DNA of 64,000 bases from a virus: the IMG/VR virus record IMGVR_UViG_3300034190_002630, one strand, 5' to 3'. Under the pieces are notes generated by a model, which saw only the letters and a program-made list of their open reading frames with translations, was not told the origin of the DNA and made no database searches. Both the position numbers and the translations under genes were made by a program. The first letter of the stretch is position 1, and each line of letters begins with the position of its first letter. Positions 19,491 through 29,028 of the stretch are shown here, in pieces.

Positions 19491-19858
19491 TTAGAGTTGT
19501 TGTATCGTGTTTATTGTTAGTTGTTGTATTACTAATATTCTCTAGTTGTTCAACATTTAAATCAGAAAAACAAGTAGAAGTAATTACACAAGAAATTGAA
19601 AAACCTAAATTAAATTTAGATGTGGTAGAACCATTAGATTTAAAACCTATAAAATGGATTGTAATTACAAGAGAAAATGTTGCACAAGTTTTTAGTGAAA
19701 TAGAACAAGAGGGAAAGTCAGTGGCACTTTTTGCACTTGATACTGACACTTATGAAATATTAGCAATTAATATGGAAGATATTAAAAGATATATACTAAC
19801 TCAAAATAAAATCTTAGTTAAGTATAAAGAGTATTACGAACCTGTTGAAGAACAATAA
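19487..19858 (+). CDS. outer-membrane spanin lipoprotein (Rz1-like)
   Basis: Lipobox-like LLIFSSC; overlaps i-spanin candidate. Confidence 0.7.
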   Translation: MIRVVVSCLLLVVVLLIFSSCSTFKSEKQVEVITQEIEKPKLNLDVVEPLDLKPIKWIVITRENVAQVFSEIEQEGKSVALFALDTDTYEILAINMEDIKRYILTQNKILVKYKEYYEPVEEQ

Positions 19859-19912
19859 TATATCGAGGGGGAGTTCTCTACATTATCACACACATTAGGA
19901 AAGGAGATTTTC

Positions 19913-20146
19913 ATGGAAATCTTAAATAAATTTAGAACTTGGGCGTCTGCACTTGCAGAAGTCGGTGTAAGTTTAATAGCACTTGGCATCGTTCTTGAAG
20001 TTCTATTCAACGGACAGGGCATACCGTTCTGGCCAAACATTAATGTGATTGGGAATGTACAAAGCATCATAGCAGGTTTCTCTGCTCAAGGCTTAGTTGG
20101 TTTAGTAGCAGTTTGGGTACTATATTCAATCTATACTAAAAAATAA
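19913..20146 (+). CDS. small membrane protein
   Basis: AAGGAG RBS; hydrophobic, GLVGLVAVWVLY. Confidence 0.75.
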   Translation: MEILNKFRTWASALAEVGVSLIALGIVLEVLFNGQGIPFWPNINVIGNVQSIIAGFSAQGLVGLVAVWVLYSIYTKK

Positions 20147-20169
20147 TAAATAATAGTAGGGAGAGAGTT

Positions 20170-20580
20170 TTGTCAGATATACAATTAGATGTAGAATTAT
20201 TAAAAAAGGACGTAGAAGAAATGAAGTTGATTCATGGTCGTCTAGATAATGCTATTTCAAAAATATCTGATGTTTCCAATTCTATCAACCGAATGTTGGC
20301 AGTTCATGAGGAAAAACTCTCTTCCCAAGAAGAGGCTATTATTAACGCAGAAAATTTAGTTGAAGCCAGAAGAATGGAATTCAACAAAGAAATCAAAGAA
20401 CTTCACGATAGAATCACTAAAAACAGTAAAGAACAGTTAGACGCTATAAACAATCTTAAATCAGAATTATCTGGGCGTGTGGCCGTTTTAGACAAGTTTA
20501 GATGGGTTCTAATTGGTGGTTCTATAGTTATCGGTTTCATTATACACAAGTTAATGAATATCGGTATCACTATCTCTTGA
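20170..20580 (+). CDS. coiled-coil protein with C-terminal TM
   Basis: RMLAVHEEKL; LDKFRWVLIGG TM tail. Confidence 0.75.
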   Translation: MSDIQLDVELLKKDVEEMKLIHGRLDNAISKISDVSNSINRMLAVHEEKLSSQEEAIINAENLVEARRMEFNKEIKELHDRITKNSKEQLDAINNLKSELSGRVAVLDKFRWVLIGGSIVIGFIIHKLMNIGITIS

Positions 20581-20605
20581 CAAATTCATCAAAATTTAGT
20601 AGGAT
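20577..20605 (+). promoter_or_regulatory. sigma70-like promoter
   Basis: TTGACA-17-TAGGAT, 6 nt before ATG 20612. Confidence 0.6.
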
Positions 20606-20611
20606 AATCTA

Positions 20612-20794
20612 ATGACCAGATATAAGGTTGAAACACACAGAGTTAGTGTGCGACATATTATCGTAAATGCAAATAGTGAAGAAGAGGCAAAACAAGTGGC
20701 AAGTGATTATGTTGACAAAAAGTCGCACATCAACCCAACAATAACTTATGATAAAAAGTTAAAAAAAATTAAGAGATGTAAAGAAATAGATTGA
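20612..20794 (+). CDS. hypothetical protein
   Basis: VNANSEEEAKQ motif common in small phage proteins. Confidence 0.6.
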   Translation: MTRYKVETHRVSVRHIIVNANSEEEAKQVASDYVDKKSHINPTITYDKKLKKIKRCKEID

Positions 20795-20820
20795 CAATCA
20801 GATAGTATCTGATATATTAT
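20791..20820 (+). promoter_or_regulatory. sigma70-like promoter
   Basis: TTGACA-18-TATTAT, 6 nt before primase ATG. Confidence 0.6.
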
Positions 20821-20826
20821 GTTGTA

Positions 20827-21840
20827 ATGTATTTAGAGCAAAAGTATCTACTTTTGATTTCATCACAATTAGGCCAATTTAAAAAGAAAGATAATAATCT
20901 ATTTAACTTTCGTTGTCCGTATTGTGGTGATTCTCAAAAAAGTAAAAGTAAAGCAAGAGGATATGTTTTTCAAAAAGAAAACTCTTTAATTTACAAGTGT
21001 CATAACTGTGGAGTTGGAACAAATGTTCCTAAGTTGATAAAACATGTAAATGAAACTTTGTATAATGAGTTCATAACGGAGGCATATCGTGCTGAGATTC
21101 CACAAGACCCTGCAAGAGGGATAAGGATAAATGAAGAAGAATTATCCCCAACTGTTAAGAACCTGTTAAAAAGTTCTAGTTCAAAATTAAGAAGTTTAAA
21201 AAAAGTTTCACAATTAGATCATGATCACCCAGTAAAAAAGTTTGTCGAGGATAGAAAGATTCCGTCAGATAAACATTATCTACTTTATTTCGCACCACAC
21301 TTTTATAAGTTTGTAAATACAATTATTGATAATAAGTTTCCTAGTCTGACGGGTGATCATCCTAGATTAGTGATTCCATTTTTTAATGAAAATAATGAAT
21401 TAATCGCTATTCAAGGGAGGGCATTTGGAAATGAAAATCCTAAATACATCACAATCAAAATCGATGAAAATCAAGAGAAAATATACGGAACTGATAGAGT
21501 CGATTGGGATAGAACAGTTTGTGTTGTTGAAGGCCCTATTGATAGCCTTTTTATTGATAATTGTCTTGCGACTGCTCAATCTGACCTAAGAGTGTATAAA
21601 GATAACGTTGTGTTGATACCTGATAATGAACCAAGAAACTTAGAGATTGTAAAACAAATTGAAAAATATATTAATGAAAACTTTCAAGTTGTTATATGGC
21701 CAAGTGATATTAAACAAAAAGATATAAACGAAATGATTTTATCTGGTAAAACAGAAAGAAACATAAAAGATATAATAGCACAAAACACATTTAGTGGTTT
21801 GTTGGCAAGAACAAAATTAATTGAGTGGAAAAAAGTTTGA
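20827..21840 (+). CDS. 61: DNA primase gp61
   Basis: NFRCPYCGDS...YKCHNCG zinc finger; VVEGPIDSLF and DNEPRN TOPRIM; KDINEM. Confidence 0.95.
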   Translation: MYLEQKYLLLISSQLGQFKKKDNNLFNFRCPYCGDSQKSKSKARGYVFQKENSLIYKCHNCGVGTNVPKLIKHVNETLYNEFITEAYRAEIPQDPARGIRINEEELSPTVKNLLKSSSSKLRSLKKVSQLDHDHPVKKFVEDRKIPSDKHYLLYFAPHFYKFVNTIIDNKFPSLTGDHPRLVIPFFNENNELIAIQGRAFGNENPKYITIKIDENQEKIYGTDRVDWDRTVCVVEGPIDSLFIDNCLATAQSDLRVYKDNVVLIPDNEPRNLEIVKQIEKYINENFQVVIWPSDIKQKDINEMILSGKTERNIKDIIAQNTFSGLLARTKLIEWKKV

Positions 21841-22901
21841 CGTACTGTGTAAAAGCATTTGATGAAATATATTCTGATAGCGCTAATCGATATAGATTAT
21901 GTTGTCATGCAGATGTAAATAAATCAATAAGTCACATGACGACTGAGAATACTTTACCATTCGATTATTTTTTATCAAGTCAAATGGAAAAAATTCGTGA
22001 TGATATGTTTGAGGGTAAAAAGATTAACGGTTGTGAAGGTTGTTATAAAGATGAAGAAATAAATGGGCATAGTCATAGAACAAAATTTAATGAAGACTCA
22101 AATTACAATGCCGCAGATGTTACAAAAGTTAGCACTAAATTAAAAAATTTTGGTAGTCGTTGTAATCTTGGTTGTTATATGTGTCGTCCATATGACTCAT
22201 CAACAAGAAGACAAGAATTAAAAGCCGCAGGTTTGATTGATACATGGAATGATCTTGGTTTAGTTGAATTTGAAAGAGAATGGGTTAGTAATGTGTCATC
22301 AAAAGATGTTGAAAAATTTAATCAAAATATATTAGATAACATAGACAGGGTTAGACAAATTAGAATACTTGGTGGTGAACCTGTATTGTTGGATAGAGTT
22401 TGGCAATTTTTAGATGATATAAAATCCGAAGATGCAAAAAATATTGAGATAGAGATGACCACTAATTTAACACACATTTCATATAAAAATTGGTCATTAA
22501 AATCAATTGATAAAAAGTTTAAAAATTTAAAGTTGGGTGTATCTTGTGATCACTTTGGTAAAAAACTTGAGTTCATAAGATATCCAATTGACGTGCAAGA
22601 GTTTGAAAAAAATCTTATGATTATGAAAGATAATGTTTTTACAATTTTTTGTACAGTGAGTATTTTGAATGCATTTGATTTGAAAGAGATTAAGGAATAT
22701 TATAAAGATTTTAGAGTTTGGTTTGAACCAGTGAATAGTCCAGCATCTTTGTCTATAAAAAATTTACCAAACAAAGATGAGATTGAATACATTCCAAATG
22801 AACTTATAAAAAATGAACTTATGAAACCAAAAAATAATGATGAGTACAAAAAGGGAATTGCATATATACAAGCGTTGCAAAATCATAGGAGAGGCGTATG
22901 A
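21825..22901 (+). CDS. radical SAM protein with N-terminal twitch/SPASM-like cysteines
   Basis: CNLGCYMC (CxxxCxxC), LGGEP, TTN; RLCC and CEGC. Confidence 0.85.
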   Translation: MEKSLTYCVKAFDEIYSDSANRYRLCCHADVNKSISHMTTENTLPFDYFLSSQMEKIRDDMFEGKKINGCEGCYKDEEINGHSHRTKFNEDSNYNAADVTKVSTKLKNFGSRCNLGCYMCRPYDSSTRRQELKAAGLIDTWNDLGLVEFEREWVSNVSSKDVEKFNQNILDNIDRVRQIRILGGEPVLLDRVWQFLDDIKSEDAKNIEIEMTTNLTHISYKNWSLKSIDKKFKNLKLGVSCDHFGKKLEFIRYPIDVQEFEKNLMIMKDNVFTIFCTVSILNAFDLKEIKEYYKDFRVWFEPVNSPASLSIKNLPNKDEIEYIPNELIKNELMKPKNNDEYKKGIAYIQALQNHRRGV

Positions 22902-24661
22902 AGAAACAGTATTGTAATATCAAAATTGATACAGATCGAGATCAAAACTTCACAGAACAAGCACAAAAATTACTAAAAGATTATTACTGTCTAAAAGATG
23001 AACCATCACCACAATACGCACTTGCAAGGGCATCTAACGCATACTGTTATGGTGATATTAAACTTGCACAAAGAATTTATGATTATGCATCTCAAGGTTG
23101 GTTTATGTATGCTTCCCCTGTTTTATCTAATGCACCATTACCAAATAAAAAACCAAAAGCATTACCGATTTCTTGTTTTTTAACATATGTACCAGATTCT
23201 CTAGACGGACTAATTGATCACACATCTGAATTAAGATGGTTATCTGTAAAGGGTGGTGGAGTAGGAGGTCATTGGTCAAATGTACGTTCTGTTTCAGACA
23301 TGGCACCTGGTCCGATTCCATTCATACATACAGTTGATGCAGACATGATTGCATATCGACAAGGTAAAACTAGAAAAGGAAGTTATGCAGCTTATCTTGA
23401 TGTATCACACCCAGATATTATGGAGTTCTTGACAATACGTATTCCAACAGGTGACATCGGTAGAAAATGTTTGAATTTACATAACGCAGTAAATGTAACA
23501 GACAAATTTATGGATGCAGTAAAAAGAGATTTAGATTGGCAATTAGTTGATCCTAATGATGGCACAGTTAGAGAAACAATGAAAGCAAGAAAATTATGGG
23601 AACAAATTTTAGAAACAAGATTTAGAACAGGTGAGCCTTATGTTAACTTTATTGATACTGCAAACAAACATATGCCAGAATCACTAAAAGAAAAAGGATT
23701 AAAAATACATGGTTCAAATCTTTGTAATGAAATACATTTACCAACAAGTGAAGACAGAACTGCTGTTTGTTGTCTTTCATCATTGAACTTAGAAAAGTAT
23801 GATGAGTTTAAAGATACAACAATCGTAAGAGACTTGATCACATTTTTAGATAATGTATTACAGTTCTTCGTTGATCATGCAGGTGATGAAATTAGTCGTG
23901 CAAGATATTCAGCACAACAAGAAAGAAGTCTTGGTTTAGGTGCGATGGGTTATCATTCATATTTACAAAAACACATGATACCATTTGAAGAATCTGGTCG
24001 TATTAACAAAGAAATTTTTTCATGGATGAGAAGTGAAGCAGATGCTCAAACATTGATTCTTGGAAAAGAAAAAGGAGAAGCACCAGATATGAAGGGAACA
24101 GGAAGACGTAATGCACACTGTCTGGCGATTGCTCCTAATGCCAATTCTTCAATGATTGTTGGAACATCACCATCTATCGAGCCAAACAAAGCGTGTGCAT
24201 ATACTCATCGAACAAGAGCAGGTTCACACTTAATCAAGAATAAATTTCTTGAAAAAGTTCTTGAAGATCATAAGATGAACACACCTGAAGTTTGGACAGG
24301 AATCGTAACAAACAATGGTTCTGTTCAACACTTAGAATTTTTAGATGAAAATACAAAAAAGGTTTTTAAAACTGCTGTTGAATTAGATCAAATGAGATTA
24401 GTTGAGTTGGGAGGTCAAAGACAAAAGTATCTTGATCAAGGACAATCACTAAATTTATTTTTTCCAGCAGGTGCTTCTAAAAAGTATGTACAATCTGTAC
24501 ATATGAGAGCATGGGAAACAGAATGTAAAGGTCTTTATTATTTAAGGACTGAAGTTTCGAAAAGAGCAGAGAATATCTCTCAAAAAGTAAAACTAGATAA
24601 ACTAAAAGACTACTCAGACATAGCAAAAGAAGAGGCAGAATGTGTCTCTTGTCAAGGATAA
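22898..24661 (+). CDS. nrdA: class I ribonucleotide reductase alpha subunit
   Basis: PISCF, GGGVG, SNLCNEI, VCCLSSLN, APNANSS, KGLYY, C-terminal CVSC. Confidence 0.95.
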   Translation: MKKQYCNIKIDTDRDQNFTEQAQKLLKDYYCLKDEPSPQYALARASNAYCYGDIKLAQRIYDYASQGWFMYASPVLSNAPLPNKKPKALPISCFLTYVPDSLDGLIDHTSELRWLSVKGGGVGGHWSNVRSVSDMAPGPIPFIHTVDADMIAYRQGKTRKGSYAAYLDVSHPDIMEFLTIRIPTGDIGRKCLNLHNAVNVTDKFMDAVKRDLDWQLVDPNDGTVRETMKARKLWEQILETRFRTGEPYVNFIDTANKHMPESLKEKGLKIHGSNLCNEIHLPTSEDRTAVCCLSSLNLEKYDEFKDTTIVRDLITFLDNVLQFFVDHAGDEISRARYSAQQERSLGLGAMGYHSYLQKHMIPFEESGRINKEIFSWMRSEADAQTLILGKEKGEAPDMKGTGRRNAHCLAIAPNANSSMIVGTSPSIEPNKACAYTHRTRAGSHLIKNKFLEKVLEDHKMNTPEVWTGIVTNNGSVQHLEFLDENTKKVFKTAVELDQMRLVELGGQRQKYLDQGQSLNLFFPAGASKKYVQSVHMRAWETECKGLYYLRTEVSKRAENISQKVKLDKLKDYSDIAKEEAECVSCQG

Positions 24662-24673
24662 AAGGAGAAAGAA

Positions 24674-25987
24674 ATGGACGTACAAATATACTCAACGCCA
24701 ACATGTGGCTATTGCTTAAATGCAAAAAATTGGTTTAAGGAACATGGTATCGAATATACCGAACATTCCTTAGTGAATGAAGAGGAAAAATTTGAATTTT
24801 TTCAAAGAGTGAATAATGTTGAAGAAAGACTTGGTAGTAAAGCAAGTTCAATTATGTCTGTTCCTCAAATCTTTGTTAATGGTGAAAGAATCGGTGGATA
24901 TGCTCAACTGTTAGATAGTTCAGAAAAGATTCTAAAAAAACGTGGTGGTGGACTATACAAGTTCTCTGAAACTTACAAGCCATTTTATTATCCTTGGGCT
25001 GTCGAGTTTGTACAAAAACATGAAAAGGTGCATTGGATCGAAGACGAAGTTGATTTATCTGAAGATGTAACTGATTGGAAAGGTGGAAAGATGACCGAAG
25101 TTGAAAAAGACTATGTCACACATGTTCTTAGACTTTTCACACAATCAGATGTTGCAGTTGGTCAAAACTATTACGATCAGTTCCTACCTAAATTTAAAAA
25201 TAATGAGATAAGAAATATGCTTGGATCATTTGCTTCAAGAGAAGGAATACATCAAAGAGCATATGCATTATTGAATGAAACTTTAGGATTACCTGATGAA
25301 GAGTTTCATGCATTTCTAGAATATCAAGAGATGGCAGACAAAGTTGACTTCATGATGAATTCTAACGTAAGTACAAAGAAAGGCATGGCGTTAGCACTTG
25401 CTAAATCAGTATTTAACGAGGGTATTTCATTGTTTGCATCTTTTGTGATGTTACTAAACTTCCAAAGATTCGGTAAGATGAAAGGATGTGGTAAAATCGT
25501 AGAATGGTCAGTAAGAGATGAATCAATGCACGTAGAAGGTATTGCTCACTTATTCAGAGCATTCTGTTCAGAAAATGCGGCAATCGTAGATAATGAATTG
25601 AAAAAAGAAATCTATGAGATGTCTAGAAAAATTGTAGAACTTGAAGATAACTTTATTGACTTAGCATACGGAATGGGTGAACCAGAAGGTTTAACTAAAG
25701 AAGATGTAAAACAATATATTCGTTATATTGCAGACAGACGATTATTACAACTCGGTCTAAAAACAAACTTCAAAGTAAAAGATAATCCAATTCCATGGTT
25801 AGAGTGGATTTTAAATGCAGCCGATCACACAAACTTCTTTGAGAATCGTGTAACTGAATATGAAGTTGCAGGTTTGACAGGTGAGTGGCAAGTTGCATAC
25901 GATGATCCAAATGCTCATTTAAATTGTAACCATGATGAAGGTACATGTGTACTTGAAGAAGAAAAGAAACAACAGGAACTATTCTAA
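24674..25987 (+). CDS. nrdB: glutaredoxin fused to ribonucleotide reductase beta subunit
   Basis: N-terminal CGYC...VPQIF..GERIGGY; then FTQSD, EGIH..AY, EG..LF..F, RDESMH, NFFE. Confidence 0.95.
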   Translation: MDVQIYSTPTCGYCLNAKNWFKEHGIEYTEHSLVNEEEKFEFFQRVNNVEERLGSKASSIMSVPQIFVNGERIGGYAQLLDSSEKILKKRGGGLYKFSETYKPFYYPWAVEFVQKHEKVHWIEDEVDLSEDVTDWKGGKMTEVEKDYVTHVLRLFTQSDVAVGQNYYDQFLPKFKNNEIRNMLGSFASREGIHQRAYALLNETLGLPDEEFHAFLEYQEMADKVDFMMNSNVSTKKGMALALAKSVFNEGISLFASFVMLLNFQRFGKMKGCGKIVEWSVRDESMHVEGIAHLFRAFCSENAAIVDNELKKEIYEMSRKIVELEDNFIDLAYGMGEPEGLTKEDVKQYIRYIADRRLLQLGLKTNFKVKDNPIPWLEWILNAADHTNFFENRVTEYEVAGLTGEWQVAYDDPNAHLNCNHDEGTCVLEEEKKQQELF

Positions 25988-26136
25988 TGAAAACAAGAAT
26001 CTTATGTGAAGAATGCGAAGCTACATATGAGATAAAGCACAGCATGGACGAGAACTATTATCCAATAGAATATTGTCCATTCTGTGGTTCCCAACAAGAT
26101 AATGAAGAATATTATGAAGAGGAAGTTGATGAATGA
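25987..26136 (+). CDS. 49-aa zinc-ribbon protein (not in ORF track)
   Basis: MKTRILCEEC...YCPFCG plus acidic tail; TAATG and ATGA overlaps. Confidence 0.75.
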   Translation: MKTRILCEECEATYEIKHSMDENYYPIEYCPFCGSQQDNEEYYEEEVDE

Positions 26137-26492
26137 AAACACAATCGGCCAAAGCAAAAGGTCGTAGATTACAACAATGGTTTCGTGATTTACTGATTGA
26201 AAAATTAAATATTCATTCTGAAGATATAGAATCTAGGAGCATGGGTGCAGGTGGTGAGGATTTGATTATGTCAAGATCTGCAAGACATCATTTTCCATAT
26301 AGTATTGAATGTAAAAATGTTGAAAAGTTAAATGTGTGGGAAGCATACAAACAAGCAAAAGAAAACTCTAAAGACTATGAACCTATTGTTGTTATGAAAA
26401 AAAATAATCACAGACCTTTAGTTGTCGTTGATGCTGAACATTTTGTAAAAATATATGAAGATTGGACGCATGACGTTTTAAATGATGAATGA
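26133..26492 (+). CDS. PD-(D/E)xK endonuclease (resolvase-like)
   Basis: SAKAKGRRLQ, GGEDL, SIECKN. Confidence 0.75.
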   Translation: MKTQSAKAKGRRLQQWFRDLLIEKLNIHSEDIESRSMGAGGEDLIMSRSARHHFPYSIECKNVEKLNVWEAYKQAKENSKDYEPIVVMKKNNHRPLVVVDAEHFVKIYEDWTHDVLNDE

Positions 26493-26646
26493 TAAATTAG
26501 ATAAGATTGAAAAGAGACTAGATAATCTAGAAAAAAAAATAGATCATCTAACAAAAACTCTTGACAAACATATAAAGTTTATAGATAATACTTATGAAGG
26601 ATTACGTAATCCTATTGATAGTGTGAAAAGATGGTTAAGTAAGTGA
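26482..26646 (+). CDS. 54-aa coiled-coil protein (not in ORF track)
   Basis: MMNDKLDKIEKRLDNLEKK...HIKFIDNTYEGLRNP; fills gap. Confidence 0.65.
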   Translation: MMNDKLDKIEKRLDNLEKKIDHLTKTLDKHIKFIDNTYEGLRNPIDSVKRWLSK

Positions 26647-27191
26647 CAATAGAACAATACAAAATATATCATAAATTAGACGGAAAGTATGGCGATGGCC
26701 AGATGATCCTATCTTATTATAATCAAATAAAAGGTCTGATTGATGATACAAAATCACAGTCATTATTAGACTTTGGTTGTGGAAAAGCAAAAATCTATAA
26801 AAAAGTAAATCTTGCAGAAAAGTTTGGAATGATGCCAGACTTATATGACCCTGCGATTGAAGAATACTCTGAACTTCCAAATAAACAATATGATGGTGTT
26901 TTTTGTTGTGATGTCATGGAACATATACCGGAAATCGAAGTACCTGGTGTTATTGAACAAATTTATGAAAGAGCAAACAAGTTTGTTTTCTTTGCAATCG
27001 CTACCGACCCTGCGATGGCAGTTCTACCTAATGGGGAAAATGCTCATTGTACCACTAAACCAATAGAGTGGTGGGAAGAGATAATTAATAAAAATGCGCC
27101 TAAAAAGGTTTATTCACATGTGTTATTAACAGGAAAGTTTGAAAACTATTCTATATTGAATGAGGAATTATATCTTGAAACATTATTCTAA
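26643..27191 (+). CDS. class I SAM-dependent methyltransferase
   Basis: LLDFGCGK, YDP, CCDVMEHIPE. Confidence 0.85.
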   Translation: MTIEQYKIYHKLDGKYGDGQMILSYYNQIKGLIDDTKSQSLLDFGCGKAKIYKKVNLAEKFGMMPDLYDPAIEEYSELPNKQYDGVFCCDVMEHIPEIEVPGVIEQIYERANKFVFFAIATDPAMAVLPNGENAHCTTKPIEWWEEIINKNAPKKVYSHVLLTGKFENYSILNEELYLETLF

Positions 27192-27765
27192 AATACTTGT
27201 ATTATCGGCACACCCCGATGATTTAGAAATATCATGTGGTGGAACAGTCGCAAAGTTTGTAGATGAAGGAACTAAAGTAGATAACATTATTTTATGTTCA
27301 AACGTAAAACATAAAAAATATGTTGCATCATCATCAAAAATTTTAGGATACAGTCCAATATATTTAAATCATAGGGATGAATCGCCGACAAGTAACGTCA
27401 TCTCAGAGATAGAAAAAAAAGTTGACGTAGAATCATATGATTTACTAATTACACATTGGAGTGAAGATTGGCATCAAGATCACAGATTTTGTCATGAATT
27501 AGGTAATTCATTAAGAAGAAAACAACAACTTGATGTATGGTATATGAATGCATATCCCTATTGTCAAAAATATAAAAGTTTTGAAGCAAACTTATTTGTA
27601 GATATTACAAGATACAAATTTAAGAAACTAGACGCAATATCACTGTATGATAATGTGCCAGATGAATATTACATAGGGATCGATAGCATGTCTAGATATC
27701 GAGGATCATTTGTACATGTAAAACACGCTGAGGTATTTAAAGTTGATACATTATTGTATTGTTAA
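27160..27765 (+). CDS. PIG-L/LmbE-family deacetylase
   Basis: SAHPDDLEISCGGT and DWHQDH. Confidence 0.85.
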   Translation: MRNYILKHYSKILVLSAHPDDLEISCGGTVAKFVDEGTKVDNIILCSNVKHKKYVASSSKILGYSPIYLNHRDESPTSNVISEIEKKVDVESYDLLITHWSEDWHQDHRFCHELGNSLRRKQQLDVWYMNAYPYCQKYKSFEANLFVDITRYKFKKLDAISLYDNVPDEYYIGIDSMSRYRGSFVHVKHAEVFKVDTLLYC

Positions 27766-28471
27766 ATATGGTAATGAGTGTCATTATCAAAACGTTGAAG
27801 AACTACTTGAAAATATCACAGAACCTGTTCATGATAGTTGTCTTGATATAAAGTTTCATTTACTTACTGACAAACCTGTAGATATTCCATATATTAATAA
27901 TATTAATTATGATAAAGATGATGTTAAAGTTCATACACATTGGAAGAAGTTACAGTTTTTTGATCCAAAATTTATTGGTGCCAGTAGAACTGATCAAACA
28001 ATTGTGTCTGACTTAGATATGATATGGAATAAAAATCCAACTGATATAGTTCAACATCATGTAAAAAAGAAAACATTATTATCAGTAGATAGATGGTGGA
28101 AAAAAGATAATGATGTATGTAGAATGTGTGGAACATTTTACAAATTTAATTCACATGATTTTAAATATATTCCAAAAGTCTATAATAAACACTATGAATA
28201 TTTTAGAGAATATTATGCTTTGCATGAAGATGCAGGTTCTACAAGAATTGTTGGAGGTGAACAAAACTTCGTACAAGAAATGATAGAACTTACAGGAACA
28301 ATTGAACTCATGCCTCCAACATTTGTTATGAAATCTAATTGGCCAAAAGATAATAAAGATTATGATTTACAAAATGTTTTCATAGAAAGATTTGAAAGTG
28401 CAACTGGTTTGAATTATTATGATTGTTGGGATTCGGCAATTTTACAAATTGTTAAACGAGGTGGATACTAA
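27743..28471 (+). CDS. GT-A-like glycosyltransferase
   Basis: VKYG, LTD, WKKLQFF, SDLD (DxD), GGEQNF. Confidence 0.65.
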   Translation: MIHYCIVKYGNECHYQNVEELLENITEPVHDSCLDIKFHLLTDKPVDIPYINNINYDKDDVKVHTHWKKLQFFDPKFIGASRTDQTIVSDLDMIWNKNPTDIVQHHVKKKTLLSVDRWWKKDNDVCRMCGTFYKFNSHDFKYIPKVYNKHYEYFREYYALHEDAGSTRIVGGEQNFVQEMIELTGTIELMPPTFVMKSNWPKDNKDYDLQNVFIERFESATGLNYYDCWDSAILQIVKRGGY

Positions 28472-28482
28472 TATATAGTAAC

Positions 28483-28764
28483 ATGGATTTATTCTTTCAA
28501 ATACTTACACAGTTTGGTTTACCTGTTGCGGCTGCAATCACAATGGGATTATTCATTTACATCATCCTAAAGTATATTTTAGCAGGTGTTGTTGATCAAG
28601 TAAAAACAATTACAGGTATCATTGCACAATTAGATAATCGTATCAAGACAATGAATCATGATATGATTAAATTAGATTTATTAGTATCTCATGCATTACA
28701 TCTCAAACCAGATTTAGATAGATTATCACGATCTGATGGTAAGGAAGATGCACGAAAGGACTAA
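28483..28764 (+). CDS. small membrane protein (paralogue 1)
   Basis: QFGLPVAAAITMGLFIY TM plus coiled coil LDNRIKTMNHDMIKLD. Confidence 0.8.
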   Translation: MDLFFQILTQFGLPVAAAITMGLFIYIILKYILAGVVDQVKTITGIIAQLDNRIKTMNHDMIKLDLLVSHALHLKPDLDRLSRSDGKEDARKD

Positions 28765-29021
28765 TGGACGTTTTACAAATACTTGAACAATATGGTTTCG
28801 CAACATTGGCAGCTGTTGCCATGGGTTATTTTATCTACTTTATTTACAATTATGTGACAACACAAATCATTGAAAAGTTAGATAACACAATGAAAGTGTT
28901 GATAGCTCTTATCGATAGGGTCAGAATGTTAGATAATGACATTATTAGACTACGTTCTAAACTGAATACTGCACTAGAAATGCGAGAAAACGAGGATAAA
29001 GAAGACAAAACAGATAAATAG
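28764..29021 (+). CDS. small membrane protein (paralogue 2)
   Basis: QYGFATLAAVAMGYFIY TM plus LIDRVRMLDNDIIRL. Confidence 0.8.
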   Translation: MDVLQILEQYGFATLAAVAMGYFIYFIYNYVTTQIIEKLDNTMKVLIALIDRVRMLDNDIIRLRSKLNTALEMRENEDKEDKTDK

Positions 29022-29028
29022 AAACGTT

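Noticed and set aside
22898-25987. Introns, inteins or homing endonucleases in nrdA/nrdB
   Set aside because: Both frames are continuous and compact with no splicing motifs seen
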